The position numbers and the translations under genes are program-made. The notes below the pieces were generated by a model, which did not search any database, had not been told where the DNA came from, and was given only the letters and a program-made list of their open reading frames with translations. Shown piece by piece: positions 17,876 through 27,477 of a stretch of DNA of 64,000 nucleotides (position 1 is the first letter of the stretch; each line of letters opens with the position of its first letter). The DNA is taken from contig JANNLG010000062.1 of assembly GCA_031396695.1 (NCBI GenBank), positions 17,746-81,745 on the forward strand. The letters run 5' to 3'. The DNA comes from Deltaproteobacteria bacterium. GTDB taxonomy: Bacteria; Myxococcota_A; UBA9160; SZUA-336.

Positions 17876-19087
17876 ATGGACTTCGAGCCGACCGACAAAG
17901 TCAAAGAGATCCAGCGCCAGCTCGAGCGCTTCATGGACGAGTTCGTCTACCCGGCCGAGAGGGTGGTGGGCGAACAGATCGAGGCTAGCGGCAACCCGCA
18001 CCACATGCCGGAGATCATCACCGAGCTCGCGGCCAAGGCCAAAAGGATCGGGCTCTGGAACCTGTTCCTGCCCGACGAAGAGCACGGCGCTGGACTCAGC
18101 AACCTCGAGTACGCGCCGCTGTGCGAGATCATGGGCCGCAGCGCGATCGCGTCGCGCATCTTCAACTGCGCAGCGCCCGACACAGGCAACATCGAGATCC
18201 TGGCCGAGTTCGGCAGCGACGCGCAGAAGAAGAAGTACCTGGAGCCGCTGCTCGACGGGAAGATCCGCTCCTGCTTCTCGATGACCGAGCCGGAGGTATC
18301 GAGCGCGGATCCGACGCAGCTCGCCACGCTCGCCAAGCGCGACGGCGACAGCTACGTGCTGAACGGTCACAAGTGGTTCACGTCCGGTGCGATCGGCTCG
18401 GAGTTCGCGATCGTGATGGCGGTGACGGATCCCGGTGCGGCTCCGCACGAGCGCGCGAGCATGATCCTGGTGCCGACGGCGACGCCCGGCTTCAAGATCG
18501 TGCGCTCCGTCTCCGTGATGGGTCACTCGGGCGGCGGTGGTCACTGCGAGATCCGCTACGAGGACTGCAGGGTGCCGGTCGCGAATCGCCTCGGTCCCGA
18601 AGGGGCGGGCTTCGCGATCGCGCAGGCGAGGCTCGGACCGGGCCGCGTCCACCACTGCATGCGCTGCATCGGCGGCGCGCAGCGCGCGTACGAGATCATG
18701 GTCGACTACGCGGCGAACCGGAAGGTCGGCGGTGAGCCGCTGGGCAACAAGCAATTCATCCAGGACTTCATCGCGATCTCGAAGATGGAGATCGATCAGG
18801 CGCGTCTGTTCACGCTCTACACCGCCTGGAAGATGGACACCGTCGGCAAGAAAGCGGCCGCGCAGGAAATCTCGATGATCAAGGTGATCGCGGCGAATCT
18901 GCTGATGAACGTGTGCGACCGCGCGATCCAGACCATGGGGTCGCTCGGTGTCTCGGACGACACTCCGGTCGCCGCGATGTGGCGAAACGGGCGCTCGCTG
19001 CGCATCGCCGACGGCCCCGACGAGGTACACAAAATGGTGATCGCCCGCCGCGAGCTGAAGCGCTGGGCGGGGCTGAACGCCCGCTAA
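17876..19087 (+). CDS. Acyl-CoA dehydrogenase
   Basis: ACAD N/M/C domains; GAGGAGG RBS. Confidence 0.8.
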   Translation: MDFEPTDKVKEIQRQLERFMDEFVYPAERVVGEQIEASGNPHHMPEIITELAAKAKRIGLWNLFLPDEEHGAGLSNLEYAPLCEIMGRSAIASRIFNCAAPDTGNIEILAEFGSDAQKKKYLEPLLDGKIRSCFSMTEPEVSSADPTQLATLAKRDGDSYVLNGHKWFTSGAIGSEFAIVMAVTDPGAAPHERASMILVPTATPGFKIVRSVSVMGHSGGGGHCEIRYEDCRVPVANRLGPEGAGFAIAQARLGPGRVHHCMRCIGGAQRAYEIMVDYAANRKVGGEPLGNKQFIQDFIAISKMEIDQARLFTLYTAWKMDTVGKKAAAQEISMIKVIAANLLMNVCDRAIQTMGSLGVSDDTPVAAMWRNGRSLRIADGPDEVHKMVIARRELKRWAGLNAR

Positions 19088-19149
19088 GAACTACGCGGGA
19101 TGCGGAGCGAGGGCCGGACGCGAAGGAGGCTTCGCGTCCGGCCGTCCCT

Positions 19150-20634
19150 CTACGATTCCTTCTCGATCGCCAGGTAGAGCGTTCCGTCGCCGCGCTGCAC
19201 GAGCAGGACCGCGGAGTCGCTGCTGGTGGCGAGGGCGTCCTTGAGCTGCTTCGGGTTGCCGATCTCGACGCGGTTCGCCTCGACGATCACGTCGCCGGGT
19301 CGCAAGCCCGCGCGCGCGGCCGCCGAGTCGGGATCGACCGCCGAGACGACTACGCCCTTCGCGTTCGCCGACAGGCCGAGCCGGCTGGCGATCTCTTCGC
19401 TCATCTGTTGGACCTCGAAGCCCCAGTCCATGTCGGAGGCCTCGTCGCTCGCGGGCTGGATCTCCTCTTCCTGCATCTTCTCGAGCGTGGCCTTGAGCTT
19501 GCGCACCTTCCCGTCGCGCTGGATCTCGACCTCGACGGCGCTGCCCGGCGGCGTCGACGCCACGATGCGCGGCAGGTCGTCGTAGTCTTCGATCGAGTTG
19601 CCGTTGAACTTCGTGATCACGTCGCCGCGCTCGAGCTTGGCCTTCGACGCGGGGCTGTTCTCGAACACCTGGCCGACCAGCGCGCCCTTGGCATCCTCGA
19701 TCTTGAAGGTCTTCGCGAGCGCGGGCGTGACGCGCTGGATCTGCACGCCCAACCAGCCGCGCGTCACCGATCCGCTTTCCAACAGCTGCGGCAGCAGGCT
19801 CTTCGCCATGTTGATCGGAATCGCGAAGCCGATGCCCTGGCCGCTGGCCGCGATCGCCGTGTTGATGCCGACCACGCGCCCCTTCATGTCGATCAGCGGA
19901 CCGCCCGAGTTGCCCGGATTGATGCTCGCGTCGGTCTGCAGGAAATCGTCGTACGGTCCGGCGATCTGCTCGCCGCCGAAGTTCGAGCGCCCCTTCGCGG
20001 ACAGGATGCCGACCGTCACCGTGTGATCGAGACCGAACGGGTTGCCGATCGCCATCACCCAGCTGCCGACGCGCAGGCCTTCCGAGTCGCCGAGCGGCAC
20101 CGGCACGAGCGGCTTCTCGGAATCGACCTTGATCAGCGCGAGGTCGGTTTTCGGGTCGCGGCCGACCACCTTCGCCTCGAGCTCGGTGCCGTCGTCGAAC
20201 ACCGCGACCATCTTGTCCGCGTTCTCGACCACGTGGTTGTTGGTGACGATCAGCCCGTCGCTCGAAACCACGAAGCCGGAGCCCGTCGACGGCACGTTGA
20301 ACTGGCGCGGGCCCTTCCGCTCCGGCTTCTCGCCTTTCTCGCCCGGCTTGCGCTGGCCGAAGAACTCCTCGAACAGCTCTTCGGGTCCGCCGCGCAGGGT
20401 CTGCTTGCGCTCGACCTTGATGTTGACCACGGCGGGCGAGACGATCTCGGCCAGATCCGCGAGCGAGTCCGGCCGCGCGGATGCGTCGCCGGGCTCGCCC
20501 TCGATCCAGAATGGCTTCGAGAGCTCGGCGCTCGCGATCTCCGCGAGCTGCGGCGCGATGGCGAGGCCGAGCGCCAGACTGCCGATCGCAAGAGTGCGCA
20601 GCGCTGCGGGGCGAAAGGCGGACAAACGAGGCAT
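19150..20634 (-). CDS. HtrA/DegP-family periplasmic serine protease (trypsin domain + 2 PDZ)
   Basis: Signal peptide. Catalytic GNSGGPL and TNNHVV motifs. Two PDZ-like C-terminal segments. Confidence 0.9.
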   Translation of the reverse strand: MPRLSAFRPAALRTLAIGSLALGLAIAPQLAEIASAELSKPFWIEGEPGDASARPDSLADLAEIVSPAVVNIKVERKQTLRGGPEELFEEFFGQRKPGEKGEKPERKGPRQFNVPSTGSGFVVSSDGLIVTNNHVVENADKMVAVFDDGTELEAKVVGRDPKTDLALIKVDSEKPLVPVPLGDSEGLRVGSWVMAIGNPFGLDHTVTVGILSAKGRSNFGGEQIAGPYDDFLQTDASINPGNSGGPLIDMKGRVVGINTAIAASGQGIGFAIPINMAKSLLPQLLESGSVTRGWLGVQIQRVTPALAKTFKIEDAKGALVGQVFENSPASKAKLERGDVITKFNGNSIEDYDDLPRIVASTPPGSAVEVEIQRDGKVRKLKATLEKMQEEEIQPASDEASDMDWGFEVQQMSEEIASRLGLSANAKGVVVSAVDPDSAAARAGLRPGDVIVEANRVEIGNPKQLKDALATSSDSAVLLVQRGDGTLYLAIEKES

Positions 20635-20666
20635 CGATACTTCTCCCTAAGGGTTGGGCGTTCGCT

Positions 20667-22022
20667 TCACCAGAGCTCGAGCATCACGCTGCCGTACTGC
20701 CGGCCGCGTTGCACGACGATTACGACTCCGTCCTGGCCGAGAATCTTCGGGATCGCACGCCGGAGCGACGTGCGGTCATCGACCCGTTCGCGGCCGATCT
20801 GGAGCACCAGGTCTCCCGGGCGCAGGCCGCGCGACTGGGCCGCGCTGTGCGGGACCACGCTCGACACGATCATGCCGCGCGCTGCGTCGACGCCGTACTT
20901 GCGCGCGAGCGGCTCGCTGCGGTCGACGAGCTCGAGGCCGAGCAGCACCTGCGCGAATTCGTCCGCGCGCGACTCGGGGAATTTCTCGGCCACGACCTCG
21001 ACCACGACGCGCGAGCCGGACCGGTCGAGCACGAGCTTCACGTTCTGATCGACCGTCAGGCTGCGCGCGATCTCGTAGAAGTCGCGGCGCGTGCGCACGT
21101 CCGCGCCATCGACCGCGACCAGCACATCGCCGCGCCGCACACCTGCGTCGGCGGCCGGCGTGCCCTCGTACACCGTCGAGATCAGCACACCCGTCGCGAG
21201 CTGCGCGCCGAGCGCCTCGCGCAGCTTGGGCGTGAGCTCCTGGAGCCAGATGCCGAGCCAGGCGGGCAGCACCTCGCCGTGGCGGATCAGGTCGTCCACG
21301 ATCCGACGCGCGCGATTGATCGGGATCGCGAAGCCGATGCCCTGGGCGTTGCCGAGGATCGCGGTGTTGATGCCGATCACTTCGCCGTCCAGGTTCAAGA
21401 GCGGTCCGCCGGAGTTGCCGGGGTTGATGCTCGCGTCCGTCTGCAGAAAACCGTCGTACTCGCGACCGTCGCCGCGAACCGAGCGGTTGACCGCGGACAA
21501 GACGCCGGTGGTGACGGTGTGATTCAAGCCGAACGGGTTGCCGATCGCGATTACCGTCTCGCCGATCATCGCGGTATCGGAGTCGCCGAGCTTGGGCGCC
21601 GGCAACGGTCCGTCCGCGTGCAAGAGCACGACCGCCAGATCGCTCGCCGGATCGCCGCCGATCAGCTCGGCGTCGTACTGCCGACCGTCCGCCAAGCTGA
21701 CCCGGATCTGTGTCGCGCCCGCGCGCACGTGTTCGTTGGTCAGCACGTAGCCGGCGCTGTTGATGATGACTCCGGTGCCCAGACTCGTGCTCGTGCTCGG
21801 TCGGGGGTTCATGAAGCGTCGGAAGAACTCGTCGAAGAAGGGGTCGCCACGGACGAATGGATTGCCGCCGTCTGCGACCGTTTGCGTGGAAACGATATTC
21901 ACGGTGGAAGGGGCGCCGCTCTCCGCCGCCACGACCACGGGCGTGCGGCGCGAGCTCGAGTCCGCGTGGGCGTCCGCGCACAGCGCACACGCGATCAGGG
22001 CTATCAGAACCGGCCGCGCCAT
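20667..22022 (-). CDS. HtrA/DegP-family serine protease paralogue
   Basis: Start MARPVLIALIACAL… (signal peptide). Contains GNSGGPL. Confidence 0.85.
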   Translation of the reverse strand: MARPVLIALIACALCADAHADSSSRRTPVVVAAESGAPSTVNIVSTQTVADGGNPFVRGDPFFDEFFRRFMNPRPSTSTSLGTGVIINSAGYVLTNEHVRAGATQIRVSLADGRQYDAELIGGDPASDLAVVLLHADGPLPAPKLGDSDTAMIGETVIAIGNPFGLNHTVTTGVLSAVNRSVRGDGREYDGFLQTDASINPGNSGGPLLNLDGEVIGINTAILGNAQGIGFAIPINRARRIVDDLIRHGEVLPAWLGIWLQELTPKLREALGAQLATGVLISTVYEGTPAADAGVRRGDVLVAVDGADVRTRRDFYEIARSLTVDQNVKLVLDRSGSRVVVEVVAEKFPESRADEFAQVLLGLELVDRSEPLARKYGVDAARGMIVSSVVPHSAAQSRGLRPGDLVLQIGRERVDDRTSLRRAIPKILGQDGVVIVVQRGRQYGSVMLELW

Positions 22023-22063
22023 AGTAGAAGTTCCGGTTTGGACGCTAGGCCAGCCGGCTCGAT

Positions 22064-23206
22064 TTGGTAAGGGCGCTTTTCGCCGAGGCGTTCGGGGGTT
22101 CTCCGACCGGCAGCGCGCGCGCACCCGGCCGCGTGAACCTGATCGGCGAGCACACCGACTACAACGGCGGGTTCGTGTTTCCGGCAGCGATCGAGCTCGA
22201 GACGCGTGTGTCGGTGCGCCCGCGCGCCGACGCGCTCGTGCGCGGCTGCTCGCGCGAACGCGGCCGAGCGCAGGCGCAGCTGCACGATCCACCGGCTGGG
22301 GACTGGCTCGACTACGCGCGCGGCACCGCGCGCGTGCTCGCCGATGCCGGTCTGGTGCGCGACACGGGCTTCGAGATCGCGGTGAGCTCCGATCTGCCCG
22401 AGGGCGCCGGGTTGTCGAGCTCGGCCGCGCTCGAGGCCGGCACCGCGCTCGCGCTGATCGCGGCCGCCGGTGCGCGCGAGACCGCGTTCGACAGGCCCGA
22501 GCTCGCGCGTCTGTGCCAGCGCGCCGAAGTGGAGTTCGCGGGCGTGCCGTGCGGAATCATGGATCAGTACGCCGTGCTGTGTAGTGTGCCCGGATCCGCG
22601 CTGCTGCTCGACTGCGCGCGCGTCGAGTCGCGCTCGGTGGCGCTGCCGGACGGGATCGAGATCCTGATCTTCGACACCGGGGTCGAGCGCGCGCTGCGCG
22701 AGGGCCGCTACGCCGTGCGGCGGGCGGAGTGCACGCGCGCGCTCGAGGGCGCGCGGACGGCGTTCGGTCGGCGCCTGGACTCGCTGTCGGAGCTCGCGCT
22801 CGCCGATCTCGCACGGATGGAGCGCGTGCTCGATCCTGTCGCCATGCGGCGCGCGCGCCACGTGGTCGGCGAGAACGCGCGTGTGCTCGCGCTCGTACGG
22901 GCGTTCGAGGCCGGCGATCCGCGCGCGGCCGGCGAGGCGATGTTCGCGTCGCACCAGAGCCTGCGCGTCGACTACGAGGTGACGGTGCCCGAGAGCGACG
23001 CGTTGGTGGAGGATTCCCGATCGCTTCCCGGCTGTATCGGCGCGCGCATGACCGGCGCGGGCTTCGGCGGCTGCACGGTGCACCTGGTCGAAGCCGGGCA
23101 CGCGCGCGCGTTCGCGACAGAGCTCGCGCGGCGTTTCCTCGAACGCTTCGGCCGGACACCGCGTCGTTGGAGTTCGCGAGCGGCCGCCGGCGCGAATCTG
23201 ATATGA
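22064..23206 (+). CDS. galK: Galactokinase (GHMP kinase)
   Basis: Signature GRVNLIGEHTDYNGG and GHMP motif GAGLSSSAA. The putative start codon is TTG. Confidence 0.85.
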   Translation: MVRALFAEAFGGSPTGSARAPGRVNLIGEHTDYNGGFVFPAAIELETRVSVRPRADALVRGCSRERGRAQAQLHDPPAGDWLDYARGTARVLADAGLVRDTGFEIAVSSDLPEGAGLSSSAALEAGTALALIAAAGARETAFDRPELARLCQRAEVEFAGVPCGIMDQYAVLCSVPGSALLLDCARVESRSVALPDGIEILIFDTGVERALREGRYAVRRAECTRALEGARTAFGRRLDSLSELALADLARMERVLDPVAMRRARHVVGENARVLALVRAFEAGDPRAAGEAMFASHQSLRVDYEVTVPESDALVEDSRSLPGCIGARMTGAGFGGCTVHLVEAGHARAFATELARRFLERFGRTPRRWSSRAAAGANLI

Positions 23207-23213
23207 GGAGCAC

Positions 23214-24455
23214 ATGACCGAAGTCGATGTCGTGGTGGTGGGCGCGGGCATCGGGGGCGGCGCCCTCGCGACGGTGCTCGCGCGCAGCGGCCTGTCCGTG
23301 CTCGTGCTCGAGAAGGAGTTGGAGTACCGCGACCGCGTGCGCGGCGAGTGGCTGTCGCCGTGGGGCGTCGTCGAAACCAAGCGCCTCGGCCTGTACGAAA
23401 CGCTGCGCGCCGCAGGCGGACACCACGTCACGCACCACCGCAGGTACCACGACGGGGTCGACTCGCAGGCCAGCCCGGAGAACTCGATCGCGCTCGGGGG
23501 CGTGCTGCCGGACATCCCGGGTCCGCTCTGCCTCGGGCACCCGCGCATGTGTCGGCTCCTGTCCGACGCTTCCGAAGCGGCGGGGGCTCGCTTGCACCGC
23601 GGCGTGGATGGCATCGAGCTCGGCGACGCGATCCGCGGCCGCCGCGAAGTGCGCTATCGGCACGCGGGTTCGAGTCACACGGTGCGGTGTCGGCTGGTGG
23701 TCGGCGCGGACGGCCGCGGCTCGATCGTGCGCAAGCAGGCGGGGATCGCGCTGCACCGCGACGCGACGCATCACCTGTTCGCGGGTCTGCTTGTCGAGGG
23801 CGCGGACGCCTGGCCCGCGTCGCTCCAGGCGATCGGCGTGGAGAGCGACGCACACTTCCTGGTGTTTCCGCAGGGCGGTGGACGGGCGCGACTGTACCTG
23901 GGATACGCCCTCGAGCAGCACAAGCGCTTCACGGGACCGGACGCGGCAACACGGTTTCTCGAGGCCTTCCGGCTGCGCACCGTGCCCGAGGCCGAGGCGC
24001 TCGCGCGCGCGCGGCCGGCGGGTCCGTGTCACTCCTACGGCAACGAGGACAGCTGGACCGACAGCCCGGTGGCCGACGCCGTGGTGCTGATCGGCGACGC
24101 CGCGGGGCACAACGACCCGATCATCGGTCAGGGACTCTCGATCACGCTGCGCGACGTGCGAATCGTGTCCGAGCTCCTGTTCGCGCACCAAGACTGGTCG
24201 CCCACGACCTTCGCGCCCTACACTGAGGAGCGGCGCGAGCGGATGCGGCGACTTCGCTTCGTCGCTGCGCTCGACTCGGGCCTGGAGAGCGAGTTCGGCC
24301 CCGCGGCGGCTGCACGCCGCGCACGCGCGCGCGAGCTCCAGTCGAAGGACCCCGGACTCGCGCTCTGGTTGCTGGCGGCGTTCGTCGGCCCCGAAGTGCT
24401 GCCGCCCCAAGCCTTCGACGCGTCGGTGCGTGAGCGGCTGCTCGCGCCGATCTGA
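23214..24455 (+). CDS. FAD-dependent monooxygenase/oxidoreductase (geranylgeranyl-reductase/UbiH-like)
   Basis: N-terminal GAGIGG dinucleotide-binding motif, and a GDAAGHNDPIIGQG FAD-binding fingerprint. Confidence 0.75.
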   Translation: MTEVDVVVVGAGIGGGALATVLARSGLSVLVLEKELEYRDRVRGEWLSPWGVVETKRLGLYETLRAAGGHHVTHHRRYHDGVDSQASPENSIALGGVLPDIPGPLCLGHPRMCRLLSDASEAAGARLHRGVDGIELGDAIRGRREVRYRHAGSSHTVRCRLVVGADGRGSIVRKQAGIALHRDATHHLFAGLLVEGADAWPASLQAIGVESDAHFLVFPQGGGRARLYLGYALEQHKRFTGPDAATRFLEAFRLRTVPEAEALARARPAGPCHSYGNEDSWTDSPVADAVVLIGDAAGHNDPIIGQGLSITLRDVRIVSELLFAHQDWSPTTFAPYTEERRERMRRLRFVAALDSGLESEFGPAAAARRARARELQSKDPGLALWLLAAFVGPEVLPPQAFDASVRERLLAPI

Positions 24456-24467
24456 CCGAGGCCCCGG

Positions 24468-25838
24468 CTAGCGCTGGCTGGTGGAGCTCGAGCTCGACGA
24501 AGACGGCGGCGAGTCCGCCTTCGCGCGCGGGTTCACGAGCATGAAGCGCGTGTCGTCCCCGCGCAGCGCGCGCACCAGGAACGGGCGGTCGCGCTTGGCG
24601 CCGAGCGCGCGGCGGAAGTCGTCGAGCGTCGCGATCGGCTCCTTCTCGATCTCCACGATCAGGTCGCCGCGCTGCATGCCCGCTTCGTCGGCCTCGGAGC
24701 CCGGCTCCACGAACGAGATCAACACGCCCTCGCGCTGCGGCAGGCGCTGACCGCGGAAGCTCGCTTCGGTGACTTCCTCGACGGTGAAGCCGTGGGGACT
24801 CTCTTCCTCGTCGGGCACGTACTTCGGCTGTGCGCCGAGTGTCGCGCGCAGCTCGCGCCGCTCGCCGCCGCGGCGCAGCTCGATCTCGACTTCCTTGCCG
24901 ACACTCTTCAGTGCCACCAAGCGCTGGAACTGGCCGAGGTCCTCGTCCTTCTCCGCGCGCAGCGGCTCGCCGTCAAAACTCATGAGCACGTCGCCGACGG
25001 CGATGCCGGCGACCTCGGCGGGCGAGCCGTGCGCGACCGAGCCGACCACCACGCCGTGCGTGTCGGGCTCGCCCCAGTAGCGCGCGAGCTCGCGCGGCAA
25101 CGGCTGGATCGTCACGCCGAGGTAGCCGCGCGCGATCCGACCGGCGTCGAGCAGATCGCCCGAGACGCGCTTCGCGGTGTTGATCGGGATCGTGAAGCCG
25201 ATGCCGCGGCCCTGACCGCGCGAGTTGATGCCGACCACCTCGCCGCGCAGGTTGATCAGCGGCCCGCCCGACGAGCCGTGATCGATCATGGCGTCGGTCT
25301 GGATGAAGTCGTTCAAGAGCTGCTCGGTGCGCAGGTCGCGTCCCTTCGCGGACACGATGCCGAGCGAGACGGAGCCCTCGAGTCCGTACGGGTTGCCGAT
25401 CGCGATCACCCACTCGCCGACCGAGAGCTTGTCCGAGTCGCCGAGCTTCGCGAACGGGAACGGCGGTTCGCCCGCGCGCGGCACGAGCCGCAGCACGGCG
25501 ACGTCGGTCTGCTTGTCGGTGCCGACGACCTCGGCGTCGTAGCGGCCGTCGCGGCCGGTCACGATCACGCTGACCTTCTCTGCGCGGTCGACCACGTGCC
25601 AGTTCGTGAGCAGCACGCCGGTCGGGTCGATCAGGAAGCCCGAGCCCTCGATCAGGTCGCGCCGGTTGTTCACACGCACCGCCGACTCGATGTGCACCAC
25701 TGCCGGCGAGACGCGTTTGTTCACGTCGATGATGCGCGCCTGCAGCTCGTCGAGCGCATCGCGCGCGAACGCGGGCGGAAGTCCGGCGCAGCCGGTGAGG
25801 ACGAACGAAAGGCTCGCGAGCAGCGCGCGCAGCTTCAT
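24468..25838 (-). CDS. HtrA/DegP-family serine protease lipoprotein (third paralogue)
   Basis: Lipobox LTGCAG; HVV…D…GSSGGPL triad; 2 PDZ; Ser-rich C-terminus. Confidence 0.85.
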   Translation of the reverse strand: MKLRALLASLSFVLTGCAGLPPAFARDALDELQARIIDVNKRVSPAVVHIESAVRVNNRRDLIEGSGFLIDPTGVLLTNWHVVDRAEKVSVIVTGRDGRYDAEVVGTDKQTDVAVLRLVPRAGEPPFPFAKLGDSDKLSVGEWVIAIGNPYGLEGSVSLGIVSAKGRDLRTEQLLNDFIQTDAMIDHGSSGGPLINLRGEVVGINSRGQGRGIGFTIPINTAKRVSGDLLDAGRIARGYLGVTIQPLPRELARYWGEPDTHGVVVGSVAHGSPAEVAGIAVGDVLMSFDGEPLRAEKDEDLGQFQRLVALKSVGKEVEIELRRGGERRELRATLGAQPKYVPDEEESPHGFTVEEVTEASFRGQRLPQREGVLISFVEPGSEADEAGMQRGDLIVEIEKEPIATLDDFRRALGAKRDRPFLVRALRGDDTRFMLVNPRAKADSPPSSSSSSSTSQR

Positions 25839-26440
25839 CGCCCGGTCTCATCGGCGAGTGCGCGCCGGAACTCGCGGGCGGCGGCCTCCGGATCAGGCGC
25901 GGCGCCGAGCGCGGCGGCCGCGGCCACCCCAGCTGCTCCGGCGGCCACGAGCTCGGGCACGCGCTTGGCCGTCACGCCGCCGAGCGCGAAGGCGGGAATC
26001 GAGAGCTCGGCGGTCGCTCGCGCGAGCCAGGCGCAGCCGCGCGCGGCACTGCCGGGCTTGGACTCGGTTTCGTAGATCGGAGACAGCATCACGTAGTTCG
26101 CGCCCTCCGCAGCTGCGCGCCGCGCCTCGATCCCGTCGTGCGCGGAATAGCCCACGAGCCGCTCTCCGCCCAGGAAGTCGCGCGCATCGCGAACCGGCAC
26201 CGACTCGCGGCCCAGGTGCACGCCGTCGAGCTCGAGCGCGCGCGCGACGTCGAGCCGCCGACTGGCCAGCACACGTAGTCCGCGCGCGCGCGCGGGTGCG
26301 AGGCGGCGCGCGGCCTCGCTCCAGTCGGCGAACGTCCAGCTCGGTTGTCGCAGCACGACGAGTTCGACTCCGCCGCGCGCCAGGGCTTCGATCACGTCGA
26401 GAACCGGCCGGCCGGCCGTGCTGCGCGGGCCGTCGCTCAT
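25835..26440 (-). CDS. thiE: Thiamine-phosphate synthase
   Basis: ThiE fold (…LVVLRQP…HLGRESVP…VGYSAHD…MLSPIYETESKPG…). Start at internal ATG 26440. The upstream part of the long ORF overlaps thiG and is not coding. Confidence 0.8.
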   Translation of the reverse strand: MSDGPRSTAGRPVLDVIEALARGGVELVVLRQPSWTFADWSEAARRLAPARARGLRVLASRRLDVARALELDGVHLGRESVPVRDARDFLGGERLVGYSAHDGIEARRAAAEGANYVMLSPIYETESKPGSAARGCAWLARATAELSIPAFALGGVTAKRVPELVAAGAAGVAAAAALGAAPDPEAAAREFRRALADETGR

Positions 26441-26457
26441 GAAGCACAGGCGCGGGA

Positions 26458-27237
26458 TCACGGCAGGTCGATCAGCCCTTGTTCGGGACTCGACGCCTGC
26501 GCGTGCAGCCTGCGCGGCATCCGGCCGGCCTCGTAGGCCGCGCGTCCGGCCTCGACCGCGAGCTTCATGGCGTGCGCCATCTTGATCGGGTCCTTGGCCG
26601 CGGCGATGCCCGTGCTCATCAGCACCGCGGTGCAGCCGAGCTCCATCGCGATCGCGGCGTCCGACGCGGTGCCGACGCCCGCGTCGACGATCACCGGGCA
26701 CGAGACGCTCTCCAGGATGATGCGGATGTTGGCCGGATTGCGGATGCCGAGCCCGGATCCGATCGGCGCACCGAGCGGCATCACCGCCGCGCAGCCGATC
26801 TCCTCGAGCCGCATGCACGCGACCGGATCGTCGCTGATGTACGGCAGCACGGTGAAGCCCTCGGCGACCAGGATGCGCGCGGCTTCGAGCGTGGCGACCG
26901 TGTCGGGAAAGAGCGTGCGCGGATCGCCGATCACTTCGAGCTTCACGAGCTTGGTGTCGAGCAGCTCGCGCGCGAGCTGCGCGGTCAGCACCGCTTCCTT
27001 GGCCGTCGTACACCCGGCGGTGTTGGGCATGATGTGGAAGCGGTCGGGTGGGATCCAGTCGAGCAGCGAGCCGGCGGCGCGCGAGGTCAGGTCGACGCGG
27101 CGCACTGCGACCGTCGTCATCTCGGTACCGCTCGCGTCGAGCGCGAGCCGATTTTCTTCGAACGACTTGAACTTGCCCGAGCCGACGATCAGCCGCGAGT
27201 GGAGCTCCAGGTCACCGATGCGAAACGACGAGCTCAT
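26458..27237 (-). CDS. thiG: Thiazole synthase
   Basis: Full-length ThiG with conserved Lys region (…LKLEVIGD…) and a [11 protein letters not shown] segment. Confidence 0.9.
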   Translation of the reverse strand: MSSSFRIGDLELHSRLIVGSGKFKSFEENRLALDASGTEMTTVAVRRVDLTSRAAGSLLDWIPPDRFHIMPNTAGCTTAKEAVLTAQLARELLDTKLVKLEVIGDPRTLFPDTVATLEAARILVAEGFTVLPYISDDPVACMRLEEIGCAAVMPLGAPIGSGLGIRNPANIRIILESVSCPVIVDAGVGTASDAAIAMELGCTAVLMSTGIAAAKDPIKMAHAMKLAVEAGRAAYEAGRMPRRLHAQASSPEQGLIDLP

Positions 27238-27437
27238 ACGCCACCTCCGACGGCGTGGATCACCTCGACCTTGTCGCCGTCGCGGACGAAGACCTCCGCG
27301 AAGCGCGACTTCGGCACCACCTCGGCATTGATCGCGACCGCGACCCGCTGCCGTCGGAGATCGAAGCGGCCGAGCAGGTCGAGCACGCTGAGGGGGGCCG
27401 GCGTCTCGTGCGATTCGCCGTTCAGCACGTACTTCAC
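27234..27437 (-). CDS. thiS: Sulfur-carrier protein ThiS-like (67 aa, GTG start), C-terminus GGGV
   Basis: A small β-grasp ORF lies immediately upstream of thiG and overlaps its start by 4 nt. It ends …HAVGGGV. Confidence 0.55.
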   Translation of the reverse strand: MKYVLNGESHETPAPLSVLDLLGRFDLRRQRVAVAINAEVVPKSRFAEVFVRDGDKVEVIHAVGGGV

Positions 27438-27477
27438 GCGCGGGACGTTAGCGGAAAGCTCGCCTAGATTGAAGCGC

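Noticed and set aside
17876-19087. ACAD10/11-type fused APH–acyl-CoA dehydrogenase
   Set aside because: The APH-fold phosphotransferase (9949..10962) lies 7 kb away on the other strand. They are not fused or adjacent, so no specific link can be supported from sequence alone.
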